Positions 1 to 9,805 of a stretch of DNA of 26,516 nt are shown here, piece by piece; within the stretch, counting starts at the first letter, position 1, and each line of letters opens with the position of its first letter. Under the pieces are notes generated by a model. That model saw nothing but the letters and a program-made list of their open reading frames with translations. It had not been told where the DNA came from and searched no databases. Both the position numbers and the translations under genes were made by a program. Location: IMG/VR virus record IMGVR_UViG_3300027804_000196, positions 1-26,516 of that record; one strand, written 5' to 3'. The stretch comes from a virus. Taxonomy: Duplodnaviria; Caudoviricetes.

Positions 1-27
1 TCTATTGAGAAATACAACAAATCGTGA
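1..27 (+). CDS. 3' end of upstream gene (...SIEKYNKS*), possibly a holin
   Basis: Frame 1 is open to TGA at 25-27, which overlaps the endolysin GTG (GTGA coupling). The holin guess rests only on position and the SxEK-type tail. Confidence 0.3.
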   Translation, partial: SIEKYNKS

Positions 28-491
28 AAGAGGCAAAGAAGCTTTGCAAGGATGTATTAATTAAGCCCTTTGAAGGCTTGGCAAAGCGTTTGCCTGACGG
101 ACGAGTAACGGCTTATCCCGACCCCGGAACCCGTGGGCATCCTTGGACTATTGGATGGGGTGCAACCGGCCCTGAAATTAATCCCGGCACGATCTGGACG
201 ATGCAGCAGTGTGAAGATGCGCTGGACCACCACGTTGAATACTTTGTCAGGGGACTTTTTAAGATGTCTCCCAAACTTCAGACTGCATTACCAAGACGCA
301 TTGCCGCCGTGACAAGCTGGGCTTACAATTGTGGCTTAGGGAACTATCGGGTTTCCACGTTCAAGAAACGAATTGATGCAGGGGACTGGGATGGTGCAGC
401 AGACCAATGTATGCTCTGGAATAAAGCTGCCGGTCGAGTTCTCCCCGGTCTTACCCGTCGCCGTGCGGCAGAAGCTGCCTTAATGAGGTGA
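24..491 (+). CDS. Endolysin, GH24 phage lysozyme (muramidase)
   Basis: FEG...AYPD...WTIGWGAT catalytic E/D/T region, SWAYNCG, and C-terminal WNKAAGRVLPGLTRRRAAE typical of GH24 lysozymes. Confidence 0.93.
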   Translation: MKEAKKLCKDVLIKPFEGLAKRLPDGRVTAYPDPGTRGHPWTIGWGATGPEINPGTIWTMQQCEDALDHHVEYFVRGLFKMSPKLQTALPRRIAAVTSWAYNCGLGNYRVSTFKKRIDAGDWDGAADQCMLWNKAAGRVLPGLTRRRAAEAALMR

Positions 492-494
492 TCG

Positions 495-2420
495 ATGCCA
501 TTCCTCAAACTCAATTTTAGACCAGGGGTCAACCGCGACCAAACGAGCTATTCAGGCGAAGGTGGTTGGTATGAGTGCGACAAGATTCGATTCTTTTCAG
601 GCTACCCACAAAAAATAGGTGGTTGGTATAAATACAGCACTAGGTTTTTCTTTGGGACATGCCGACAGTTATTTAACTGGATAACGACTTATACGGATAA
701 TTTCCTTGCGTTAGGGACTAATAACCACGTCTACATCGAAGCAGGCGGCTCGTACTACAACATCACACCGCTAAGCGCAACGACAACAGGTACTGCAACG
801 TTTACCTGTGTAAGTGGTAGTTCAATTATTACAGTCACTGATGCAAGCTACCCAGCGGATCTAGCGGTTGGGGATTTTGTTACGTTCAGTAGTGCCGCAA
901 CACTAGGTGCTAGCAACATCACTGCGACGGTGCTTAACCAAGATTACGAAGTGTTATCTGTTACCGCAGGTCCACCAAAGACTTTTACGATACGCGCACG
1001 TAGTGATGATTTGGCGCAGATTGTTACGGTAACCGCAAACGCTAGTGTGTCTGGCGGCGGGGGTGGGGCTACTGTTGCGAAGTATGCGATTTCTTCTGGG
1101 TACGTATCAACAACCTACGGTTACGGTTGGGGTACTGGTGGTTATGGTTCAACAGCCTGGGGTTATGGCAGTACTGCGCCAATATCGTTGCAGCAGCGTG
1201 ATTGGTGGTTTGATAATTTTGACAATGATCTTGTCATGAATATCCGCAACGGTAAGATTTATTACTGGGAGCGCGGTTCTTTAACTAGCCCATCGACGGC
1301 GCTTAACACTAGAGCAGTGTTGTTATCCTCACTTACCGGCGCTCAAAGTGTGCCGGAAGCTGCTATGCAGGTGCTCGTATCTCAGAATGACAAACATCTT
1401 CTGGCGTTTGGGTGCCAGCCTTATGCTGGTGCAGCAACTGACTTTGACCCTCTTCTTATCCGCTGGGCCAACCAAGACGAGCCGCAAAACTGGGCACCTA
1501 CAACATCTAATTCAGCAGGGTTCATAAGAGTCTCTCGTGGATCTAAAATTATTCGTGCGTTTGCGACCAGACAAGAAATTTTGGTGTTTACCAACTCAAG
1601 TCTTTATTCGTTACAGTTCGTTGGAACTACAGATGTTTTTGCACTTCAAGAACTTGCAGACAACATAACTATCATTAGCCCCCGTGCTGTGGCTACCGCC
1701 AATAACGTTACCTATTGGATGGGGCAGGATAAGTTCTACGTTTATTCAGGGCAGGTGCAGACCTTGCCTTGTACGCTTCGACAGTTTGTTTTCCAAGATC
1801 TCAACTACAATCAAGTCGATCAAATTGTTTGCGGTACTAATGAAGGCTTTACTGAAATATGGTGGTTTTATCCAAGTCAAAACTCTAATTGGAATGACCG
1901 CTACGTCATATTCAACCATTTAGAAAACGCATGGTATTACGGAGAACTTGTACGTACAGCTTGGCTTGATACTGCACTTCGCAGCTACCCAACAGCATCA
2001 GTAACTGAAGAAAACGCCTCGGTTGGTTATCAGTACGTACATGAATATGGTATCAATGACGGTGATGCCGCCATGACTTCTTACATAGCGTCGTCTGACT
2101 TTGATTTAGCGGACGGTGAGCAGTTCATGCTTACTCGTAGGATTATTCCTGATCTTAACTTTACTGAATCCACAGCAGCTTCACCAACAGTGACACTAAC
2201 GGTAGAGCCAAAACGTTTTTCTGGGTCAGCTACAAATACGATGGCATCCAATACCCAAAGTGTGGCGTCTAGCAGTGCTACGCTGGACCAGTATACAGAG
2301 CAGGTATTTATCCGTGCCCGTGGTAGGCAGATGTCGCTTAAAGTTGAGTCCACCGATCTTGGGGTGCAATGGCAGTTAGGTTCACTACGTCTTGACGTTC
2401 GACCGGACGGCAAGCGATGA
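495..2420 (+). CDS. Podovirus tail nozzle / DNA-stabilization-like protein (P22 gp10 / T7 gp12-like role inferred)
   Basis: 641 aa and beta-rich. Starts with the F.PG motif, carries IRW..Q, YWMG...FYVY, EIWWFYP and C-terminal RARGRQ motifs, and has a Thr-rich inserted domain followed by GYGWGTGGYG. GAGG RBS upstream. Confidence 0.65.
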   Translation: MPFLKLNFRPGVNRDQTSYSGEGGWYECDKIRFFSGYPQKIGGWYKYSTRFFFGTCRQLFNWITTYTDNFLALGTNNHVYIEAGGSYYNITPLSATTTGTATFTCVSGSSIITVTDASYPADLAVGDFVTFSSAATLGASNITATVLNQDYEVLSVTAGPPKTFTIRARSDDLAQIVTVTANASVSGGGGGATVAKYAISSGYVSTTYGYGWGTGGYGSTAWGYGSTAPISLQQRDWWFDNFDNDLVMNIRNGKIYYWERGSLTSPSTALNTRAVLLSSLTGAQSVPEAAMQVLVSQNDKHLLAFGCQPYAGAATDFDPLLIRWANQDEPQNWAPTTSNSAGFIRVSRGSKIIRAFATRQEILVFTNSSLYSLQFVGTTDVFALQELADNITIISPRAVATANNVTYWMGQDKFYVYSGQVQTLPCTLRQFVFQDLNYNQVDQIVCGTNEGFTEIWWFYPSQNSNWNDRYVIFNHLENAWYYGELVRTAWLDTALRSYPTASVTEENASVGYQYVHEYGINDGDAAMTSYIASSDFDLADGEQFMLTRRIIPDLNFTESTAASPTVTLTVEPKRFSGSATNTMASNTQSVASSSATLDQYTEQVFIRARGRQMSLKVESTDLGVQWQLGSLRLDVRPDGKR

Positions 2421-3781
2421 TTCTACTTAAAAACTTTGTCGCTCCAGCATTACCACTGCCGCCCCCGCAATACGATGTACGGCAACAGAATGAACTTATT
2501 CGGGCGCTTCGTTTGTATTTTAACTTGCTGGATAGGTATTTAAATCAACTTACTAACGAGGTCAATGGCAACATGGAACCGTTTTCCGCCACATCACTAG
2601 ATGCCTTTGGTCGGTTGCGTGTTAGCCAACCCTATACGCTTTTTGATAGCCAAAATAGGTACGCCGCTGACAATCAATTTGATGTATCAACCACAGGAAC
2701 AGGTACAACCTCTTTCCTGACCAATGAAGCAGCCGTCAAAATGGAGGTTACTGGCGCGGGTGTAGGCTCAGTCATCCGTCAGTCTTATCGGTCTTTCCCT
2801 TACCAACCAGGAAAAGGGTTATTGGTGCTTGCGACCTTTGTGATGGATAGCAGCACTAGTGCAAATTTGACGCAGCAAGTTGGCTACTACAACGCACAAA
2901 ACGGCGTGTTCTTTAAACGTAACGGCTCAACAAATTCATTTGTTTTACGTTCTTATGTCACAGGCACTGTATCTGACGCTCGTACAGTAAATCAAGCAGA
3001 TTGGAACGGCGACAAGCTAGATGGTACAGGTGAGTCGGGGTTTACGCTTGACCCTAGCAAAGCGCAAATTCTTTGGATGGATTTTGAATGGCTTGGTGTT
3101 GGTTCGGTGCGTTGTGGGTTTATTATCAACGGCGAATACATTGTTTGCCATACCTTTAATAACGCCAACGATATTTCCAACGTTTATATGACTACGGCTA
3201 TTCTGCCGGTAAGGTATGAGATCAGCACGACTACATCAGCCGTTGCTGCTAGCATGAAAGCTATTTGTTCTTCTGTTGTGTCCGAAGGTGGGTTTGAACA
3301 AATATCAATTGACCATGTGGCGCGTCGCACTACATCGTTTACTAACATTGATACGGCAACGTTTTATCCTATTGTATCCATTCGTCTTGCTTCAGGTCGT
3401 ACTGGGGCAGTAGTGCTACCAAACCGCGCTCAATTTTTGCCGCTTACAAGCCAAAATTATGAAGTAGCTCTACTTAAGAACCCTACACTGACGGGAGCTA
3501 CTTGGGCTGCAACGGTGCCTTCAGACTCTAATGTGGAATACGATGTTGCAGCTACGGCTATTTCCTCGGTGGGTACGATTTGCCAAACCGATTACGTCAC
3601 TTCTTCTGGTAGTGGTGGTACAACTGAAACAACGGCTCCTACTGGGTTTAACTGGGATTTGCAGCTAGGTGCAACTATTTCGGGCACTAGCGATATTTAT
3701 ACACTTGGCGTACGGACAGTATCTGGCGCTACTAAAGGTGATGGTGTAGGGTCCATCTCCTTCTATGACCTTACGCAATAG
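2417..3781 (+). CDS. Probable virion tail-associated protein: short N-terminal anchor (APALPLPP...LRLYFN.LD) fused to a beta-rich DAFGRLRVS-type domain
   Basis: 454-aa ORF coupled by ATGA overlap to the previous gene. Beta-strand-rich and Thr/Ser-rich; lies in the tail module. Confidence 0.55.
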   Translation: MILLKNFVAPALPLPPPQYDVRQQNELIRALRLYFNLLDRYLNQLTNEVNGNMEPFSATSLDAFGRLRVSQPYTLFDSQNRYAADNQFDVSTTGTGTTSFLTNEAAVKMEVTGAGVGSVIRQSYRSFPYQPGKGLLVLATFVMDSSTSANLTQQVGYYNAQNGVFFKRNGSTNSFVLRSYVTGTVSDARTVNQADWNGDKLDGTGESGFTLDPSKAQILWMDFEWLGVGSVRCGFIINGEYIVCHTFNNANDISNVYMTTAILPVRYEISTTTSAVAASMKAICSSVVSEGGFEQISIDHVARRTTSFTNIDTATFYPIVSIRLASGRTGAVVLPNRAQFLPLTSQNYEVALLKNPTLTGATWAATVPSDSNVEYDVAATAISSVGTICQTDYVTSSGSGGTTETTAPTGFNWDLQLGATISGTSDIYTLGVRTVSGATKGDGVGSISFYDLTQ

Positions 3782-3790
3782 AGGTAAATC

Positions 3791-6784
3791 ATGGCACTTA
3801 AACTACCTGCTGATTGGGCGGACCCAACAAAATACGACGCTCAAAAAAAAATTGATTGGTTTAATGACAACGATATAACAGCAAAAGATTTAAAGAGTGC
3901 TGGTATTGACGACGGTACCATTAATTGGATGCTTGCTAACGGGCTGAATAAAACGCCCAGTGCAGCGGAAGAAAGTGCGGTCACCGCAGATATTGCCCAA
4001 GATCTTTATTCACAAGCTAATGATGCGTACACCGCTAGAATTAATGCGTTAGCAACTGCTACAGGACTTGCGAGATCCACGGTTGCCGCCAGAGTTAATA
4101 GTGGATTAACCGACGCACAAATAAGAGCTTTAGCCCAACCAAACACTGGGGCTACAAACACTGGGGTTACAAACACTGGGGTTACAAACACCACAACTAC
4201 TACAACCCCCACAACTACTACAACCACTGGAACAACTAACGTCAAACCTTCAACCGTTTATACGGGTACGTCTGTATCCGGTCCTACTGCTACAGGTTCT
4301 GGGCTATCTGCACTCAAAGCTCAAAATCAAGAACGCCCTGTTTATAAGGACGCGACGTTTGGGTTTCGTGCGCCTTACGAAGCACCTACAGAGTTAGCTC
4401 CTGCAAAAGGATTAGGACAACTTGTTTCTCAATATGTAGGGCAACCTAATCTGCGGACGATGACTCGTTCGATTGGGCCTGGGGGTATGGGGGTGCTGAC
4501 TGAACAGCCTTCCGCAGGGCTTTCTTATGCAACTCGTCCTGGGGGCATCGGGGAGTCTCAGTATTTCCAAAATATTGCAGATTACTTTTCAGACCCGACG
4601 ATTACACCGCAGTCTGCCGCGTACGAAATGTACAGGTACAACATCCCAGAGACTGACATACAAGCTGCAATTGGGATGACCCCTACAGAGTTTTTTGCCC
4701 AACGTGCTGCACAACAAGTTCAACCTGCCGCACCAACAGTGACAACGAATACAGGTATATCTGCACTTGCGCCACCGCCAATAAGTTATGAAAAGCCTGG
4801 GTTCTCAACACCGTTTACAGGTGGGTTATCGTTTGCTATGCAGCCTGGGGGTATCGGTAGAACTCAGTATTTAAATAACATTGCTTCATATCTTAATAAG
4901 GGTGTATCACCTGGGTCACTAGCCGCAGACATGGCGCAGTATGGTGTGACTTCGGATGACTTAATTGCAGCCCGTGCGATGTTCCCTGGCGGTGCGCCAA
5001 GCCAAGCGGGGATGCCTATTTCGATTGCTACGTCTACAGGAACTACAGGAACGCCGGAAGCACCTCCTGTAATAGAAGGGGACCGTGCAGGGGGACCAAT
5101 AGCCCTTGCCGAGGGTGGCAAAACAGAAATGGCTGGTGAGAAGAAGTTTTCAGTAACAGATTTTATAAAGCCTAACGTAGCCGGGTATCAATGGGATGCT
5201 TCTAAAGATTTGGCAACAAAACAAGGATATATAAAAGATTTACTGGAAACATATGACCCGTATCAGATAAGGTCTGCGATTCAGTTTTTTGATCCTACTA
5301 ATGCAACAGAAGATAACTTCAGACGTTTAGGTATAGCTAGAAATCAAGCCCCAGAATTCAGAAGTAATGTTGTATTTGGCCCTGAGCTTAAAGGCTTAGA
5401 AGCTGCTGCTTTGGCAAACATGAGTCCTGCTGATAGAGAGATGGCGTTACGGGAGATGATGATTCGCCAAGGACTTACGGGGCGTGAGTATTTCCCAGAA
5501 AGTATGTTTGGAAGCACAAGTGTTGCTCCTGCAATTGGATACATCCCTGGCGTTTTTGGTGATCGTGATCGTGATGAAAAGGGTCGTCCACTCCGTGCTA
5601 TGTATCGCTATGCCGAAGGCGGTGGTGTCGGTCGTGGTCTAGGCAGTATTGCCATGAAAGGCTACGCTCAAGAGATGGCACAAAAGGGTCGGTTTGGCGA
5701 CACGATGCTAGCCCACATTAGCCCCGAAGAAGCTCAGATGCTACAAGCCGCAGGCGGTGCGGGTACTATAAATCCACAGACTGGCCTGCCTGAGTATTTC
5801 AGTTGGAGGAAATTGTTAAAGAAAGTAGCCCCAATTGTTCAATTTGCTGCTCCATTCATACCTGGGATTGGGCCATTAGCTGCTGCGGCTATTAGTGGTG
5901 TTGCCGGTGGGTTTTCTGGGCCTGGGGGATTTAATTTTAAACGTGGGTTGATGTCAGGCTTGATGTCTTATGGCATGGGGCAAATGGCAAAAGGAATAGA
6001 AGCAGCGGGGCAAGTAGGTCAAGCTCCTGTAGTAACTCCTGATGTTGCTGGTAATGAAGTAGCAAATCTTGCAAGTAGAGTACCACCATCAGTAACTAAC
6101 GCGTCAATTGATTTAGATCCAATAACAAATATGCAGCCTCCACCAACCACCTATGCTCCTATATCTCAAGCAAGTCAGCCAATAACTCCTTCTATTGGTG
6201 ATTATTTTTCAAGAGGGGCAGACAGACTTAATCAGTTGTATACCGGTGCATCTAATCTAGCTACAAACGTTCCAGGCGCGTACGATGCGGCAAAACAAGC
6301 TATGGGTATGACGTTTGGACAGGCAGGTATAGCTGCTGGAACAGGGGCGCTCGGTATTATGGGTGAAAATGAGCGCCTGAAATATCTTGAAGAGCAAAAA
6401 GCTAAAGGTCTTTTAAAAGCTGAAGAAGAAAAAGAATATGAAGATCTTTTCCGTAGATTGATGGGTAATTTTGCTGGAGGCGGTGAGATTGCCGCAATGG
6501 TTGCTGGAGGTGCTACTGGGCCTGCTAACGAACCACGCACAATAAATGGCGCAGGGGATGGCATGAGTGATAGTGTGCCTGCTACCATCGAGGGTGTTCA
6601 AGAGGCGCGTCTTGCCGATGGAGAGTTTGTGATCCCTGCCGATGTTGTTGCAGATTTAGGTAACGGCTCCAGTAACGCTGGGTCTAAGAAACTTTACGCC
6701 ATGATGGATCGAGTTAGAAAAGCACGACATGGCACAACAAGACAACCGCCCGAAGTTGATACGGGTCGTTTGATGCCTGCTTGA
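3791..6784 (+). CDS. Modular internal virion / ejection protein candidate (997 aa)
   Basis: GAGG RBS. Thr-rich linker, duplicated ~50-aa domain, GRFGDTMLAHISPEEA...GTINPQTGLPEYF module, Gly/Ala hydrophobic segment, and C-terminal GAGDGMSDSVPA...ARLADGEFVIPADVV module resembling motifs in phage tape-measure/ejection proteins. Confidence 0.6.
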   Translation: MALKLPADWADPTKYDAQKKIDWFNDNDITAKDLKSAGIDDGTINWMLANGLNKTPSAAEESAVTADIAQDLYSQANDAYTARINALATATGLARSTVAARVNSGLTDAQIRALAQPNTGATNTGVTNTGVTNTTTTTTPTTTTTTGTTNVKPSTVYTGTSVSGPTATGSGLSALKAQNQERPVYKDATFGFRAPYEAPTELAPAKGLGQLVSQYVGQPNLRTMTRSIGPGGMGVLTEQPSAGLSYATRPGGIGESQYFQNIADYFSDPTITPQSAAYEMYRYNIPETDIQAAIGMTPTEFFAQRAAQQVQPAAPTVTTNTGISALAPPPISYEKPGFSTPFTGGLSFAMQPGGIGRTQYLNNIASYLNKGVSPGSLAADMAQYGVTSDDLIAARAMFPGGAPSQAGMPISIATSTGTTGTPEAPPVIEGDRAGGPIALAEGGKTEMAGEKKFSVTDFIKPNVAGYQWDASKDLATKQGYIKDLLETYDPYQIRSAIQFFDPTNATEDNFRRLGIARNQAPEFRSNVVFGPELKGLEAAALANMSPADREMALREMMIRQGLTGREYFPESMFGSTSVAPAIGYIPGVFGDRDRDEKGRPLRAMYRYAEGGGVGRGLGSIAMKGYAQEMAQKGRFGDTMLAHISPEEAQMLQAAGGAGTINPQTGLPEYFSWRKLLKKVAPIVQFAAPFIPGIGPLAAAAISGVAGGFSGPGGFNFKRGLMSGLMSYGMGQMAKGIEAAGQVGQAPVVTPDVAGNEVANLASRVPPSVTNASIDLDPITNMQPPPTTYAPISQASQPITPSIGDYFSRGADRLNQLYTGASNLATNVPGAYDAAKQAMGMTFGQAGIAAGTGALGIMGENERLKYLEEQKAKGLLKAEEEKEYEDLFRRLMGNFAGGGEIAAMVAGGATGPANEPRTINGAGDGMSDSVPATIEGVQEARLADGEFVIPADVVADLGNGSSNAGSKKLYAMMDRVRKARHGTTRQPPEVDTGRLMPA
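4141..4226 (+). repeat. In-frame tandem repeats: 15-nt unit x3.4 followed by 18-nt unit x2
   Basis: AAACACTGGGG(C/T)TAC at 4141, 4156 and 4171, partial at 4186. CCACAACTACTACAACC(C/A) at 4191 and 4209. They encode NTG(A/V)T and poly-Thr. Confidence 0.9.
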
Positions 6785-6794
6785 GGAATTAATT

Positions 6795-7940
6795 ATGTCT
6801 ACTACAGCCGTTCAATATAGTGCCGACATTCCTGACGTACTTAAACCGTTCTATGCAGGGGTTGCTGCAAAAGATGGACAACCAGCCGTTCCAGGGCTTA
6901 TCGAACGGGGCATTGGAGCAATCTATCCAGGCGGGTTAACAGGACAAGCTGCTTATCAAGCTCAGTACGCTCCAGTCATTCAAGCAGGACTGATGGGTGC
7001 AGGCAGTGTTGCCGGTCTTTCTCCGTTTCAAACGTCAGTAGGTCAGCAACTCGGCACAATGACAACACCTGGGCAATATGCTCTAGGTACACAAGCTGGG
7101 CAAGCTGCTGCCGCTGGATTACAAGGGCTTCAAAATTACCAATCGATGGGAGTTGCTGCACCGCAGCTAACGACTTATCAACTTGACCCTGCTCGGCAAT
7201 TTACATCGGCTGAATCCCAAGCCTATATGTCGCCGTACATGCAGGCGGTCGTAGATAGACAGCAGGCAGGTGCTATCAAAGCAGCTAAAGAAGCGCAGTT
7301 AGGACAAAATCTTGCTGCGGCGCGTCAAGGCACTTATGGTGGTGCTAGGCAAACGCTTCTCCAAGGTCAACGTGAACTAGGTTTGCAATCGACACTGGCA
7401 GATATTCAGGCTAAAGGTCTACAGTCTGCGTTTGAAAACGCCCAAGCCCAATTTGAACGTGATCGTGCTGCACAGATGGGTATCGGTAGTCAGAATCTGC
7501 AAGCAGCACTTGGGGTTCAGCAGCTTGGTGCAGGGCAAAATCTTCAAGCACAGTTAGCAAATCAAGCAGGGCAGCAGCAAGCCGCACAGACTCAACTTGC
7601 TGCGGCTCAAGGGCTTGGCGGGTTGGCAGGTACGTTTGGTCAGCTTGGCACACAACAACTTGCAGGTCAGCTTGACCTACTCAAAACGCAGGGTGCCTTT
7701 GGTGACTTACAACGTGCCATTGAGCAACAGAAGATGGATGCCCAACGGCAATCACTCCTTGACCAAGCACAGTACGGGCAGACTCAGGTTGGTCAACTAT
7801 CTAACTTGCTGCGTGGTATACCGACAACTGCGGCAACGCAGACAACGACAACGCCCCCACCGAGCTTTGCTAGTCAGTTGACTGGCTTGGGCTTGACAGG
7901 GATTGGACTGTATAACATGCTTGGCGGGGGTACTAAATGA
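6795..7940 (+). CDS. Gln/Ala/Gly-rich DNA ejection (pilot-like) protein candidate
   Basis: 381 aa with GAGGA RBS. YMSPYMQAVV and GTYGGARQ motifs, long Q/A-rich helical region, hydrophobic Gly-rich C-terminus (LTGLGLTGIGLYNMLGG). Confidence 0.6.
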   Translation: MSTTAVQYSADIPDVLKPFYAGVAAKDGQPAVPGLIERGIGAIYPGGLTGQAAYQAQYAPVIQAGLMGAGSVAGLSPFQTSVGQQLGTMTTPGQYALGTQAGQAAAAGLQGLQNYQSMGVAAPQLTTYQLDPARQFTSAESQAYMSPYMQAVVDRQQAGAIKAAKEAQLGQNLAAARQGTYGGARQTLLQGQRELGLQSTLADIQAKGLQSAFENAQAQFERDRAAQMGIGSQNLQAALGVQQLGAGQNLQAQLANQAGQQQAAQTQLAAAQGLGGLAGTFGQLGTQQLAGQLDLLKTQGAFGDLQRAIEQQKMDAQRQSLLDQAQYGQTQVGQLSNLLRGIPTTAATQTTTTPPPSFASQLTGLGLTGIGLYNMLGGGTK

Positions 7941-9793
7941 GCCTTCGGACACTAGAAAAAGCGGTCAATAGGACCGCAGATCGTACGGTTGGTGACATTG
8001 TTGCCACTTATGGATCTAACGTGCAACGCCTAAAGATGGACGCTGCTGCGGGAAAGATTGACCCCACGACGGCACTTATGGCGATGATGACGATCCAACG
8101 GATTGTTGCTGCAAACACTCAACCACCGTCCGGCACAACTGTGGCACAAGATACCGGGATGGCACCGCCTCCACAACCAATGGGCATGTCTGCTATGGCT
8201 CCCCAAGCTGCACCGCAACAAGCTCCAGTCGGTATGGCCTACGGCGGTCAAGTTGCTGTCAGTAATAACCAAGTGCCGTCACCTGCGATGGAGCGTGGCA
8301 TCTCCGGCCTACCTGTGCCTGACAACATGTTTGACTATGCTGATGGCGGCATGATTGCATTTGCTGGTGGTGGTGATGTGCAGCGGTTTGCTCCGGGTGG
8401 TCAGATGGAGTTATTTCCTGAACTAGATAGATTCGGGCAACCTAAACCAAGGCTGAGTGGTGCTCCAAGACCTACTGGCACGACGTTCGCGCAAGCGTTT
8501 CCAAGTGCAGCGGCAACACCTGCTGCTGCGACACCATCGATGTTCTCTCGTGGATTGAGCTATTTAGGGCGTGCGTTTCCAGGTGCAGCGGCAATAGGAA
8601 CTGCCTTGTTCGGCTCGGATGACCTAAATGCTAATGAAGCAGAGACATTAGCAGTACTTAAACGTCTATACGCTTTGGGTTATACGCAAGAACAAATTAA
8701 CGCAATGAAGCCTGAAGAGGCTAAGCGTGTTGCCATTGCAAACAAACCACCTCAAGAAACATTCCCGCAAGCTGCGGAGCAACAAGCTGTAGCAGAAGCC
8801 CAAGCTGCGGCTAATAAACCACCACCCCCGAAAGTTCCGTCTGCGGCACCGGCGGCACCGGCACCTGCTAAACCTGCTGAACTTGGGCCTGTACCCATGT
8901 TTTCTGCTGCACGTTCCGCAGCCGAAGGTACATTACAAGCAGAAGGGGGCAAAGATATTCCGGTGGTTCCTGGGCTTTCGCAGATCAGAAGTGAGCGAGT
9001 CAAACAGCTTACTGATGAAGGCTATGACTTCAATCTTCTCAAAGATATGGTTGCTGAGAACCGCAAAGATATTGAAGCGATTCCACAAAAACGAAAAGAA
9101 GCTGCCAATATGCGGGTTCTTGAAGCAGGGTTAGCCATTCTAGGCGGCGCGTCGCCACATGCGTTTGTCAATATCGGTAAGGGTGCCGAAGGTGCCGTAA
9201 AAGGTTACGCACAAGATATTAAAGAGCTTGATAAGCTTGAACGTGATTATAAGTTACAAGATCGTCAGATCCGTACCCTCCAGAACAAAGAAGCCGCAGA
9301 GTTTACGAAAGCAGATCAATTACGTTTGGATAAAGCTATTGAACGACGCGACAAAGCTCTGGGTGAATACAACCTGCGTGTTGATAGACTTGCCGGGATT
9401 ATGTATGAAGGCGAAATGGGTCTATACAAGCAGAAGGCACAAGACGCTGCGGCTATGGAGCGCACCAAAGAACAAGGTAGAACGCAGCTAGCAGCGGCAA
9501 GGATAGGTGCTAGTAGACCTTCACAACTCTCAGAGTTGCGAGATTTATTCCGTAGTAGTGATCCTAAAGATAGACAACTTGCCGAATCGTTTATTGGTCA
9601 GAACAAGATGGGCAAACTCACATACGAAGAAGCCATGAAGCTTGTATCTGGTGATCCAAGAAATCTGAGTAAAAATCCCGCTGAATTATCAAGGTTAGCT
9701 AGAGAATATATGCGGTTGTCCGAAGGTGGTGCAGAAGCAGCGCCATCTAAACCCCCAGCAAACAGGGCACCTCTATCAACGTTTGGTGGTTAA
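7937..9793 (+). CDS. Internal virion / ejection protein candidate (618 aa)
   Basis: ATGA overlap with the previous gene. Clustered AxGG motifs, Pro/Ala linker, hydrophobic LEAGLAILGG segment, charged coiled-coil C-terminal half. Confidence 0.55.
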   Translation: MSLRTLEKAVNRTADRTVGDIVATYGSNVQRLKMDAAAGKIDPTTALMAMMTIQRIVAANTQPPSGTTVAQDTGMAPPPQPMGMSAMAPQAAPQQAPVGMAYGGQVAVSNNQVPSPAMERGISGLPVPDNMFDYADGGMIAFAGGGDVQRFAPGGQMELFPELDRFGQPKPRLSGAPRPTGTTFAQAFPSAAATPAAATPSMFSRGLSYLGRAFPGAAAIGTALFGSDDLNANEAETLAVLKRLYALGYTQEQINAMKPEEAKRVAIANKPPQETFPQAAEQQAVAEAQAAANKPPPPKVPSAAPAAPAPAKPAELGPVPMFSAARSAAEGTLQAEGGKDIPVVPGLSQIRSERVKQLTDEGYDFNLLKDMVAENRKDIEAIPQKRKEAANMRVLEAGLAILGGASPHAFVNIGKGAEGAVKGYAQDIKELDKLERDYKLQDRQIRTLQNKEAAEFTKADQLRLDKAIERRDKALGEYNLRVDRLAGIMYEGEMGLYKQKAQDAAAMERTKEQGRTQLAAARIGASRPSQLSELRDLFRSSDPKDRQLAESFIGQNKMGKLTYEEAMKLVSGDPRNLSKNPAELSRLAREYMRLSEGGAEAAPSKPPANRAPLSTFGG

Positions 9794-9805
9794 CAGGGGA
9801 CTTCG

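Noticed and set aside
3843-3851. A9 run near the start of the 997-aa gene as a phase-variation or frameshift site
   Set aside because: The ORF is intact (QKKI), and no long alternative-frame ORF or stimulatory structure follows.
4141-4226. Short repeats as a CRISPR array or origin iterons
   Set aside because: There are no spacers, the unit lengths are multiples of 3, and they simply encode a Thr-rich linker.
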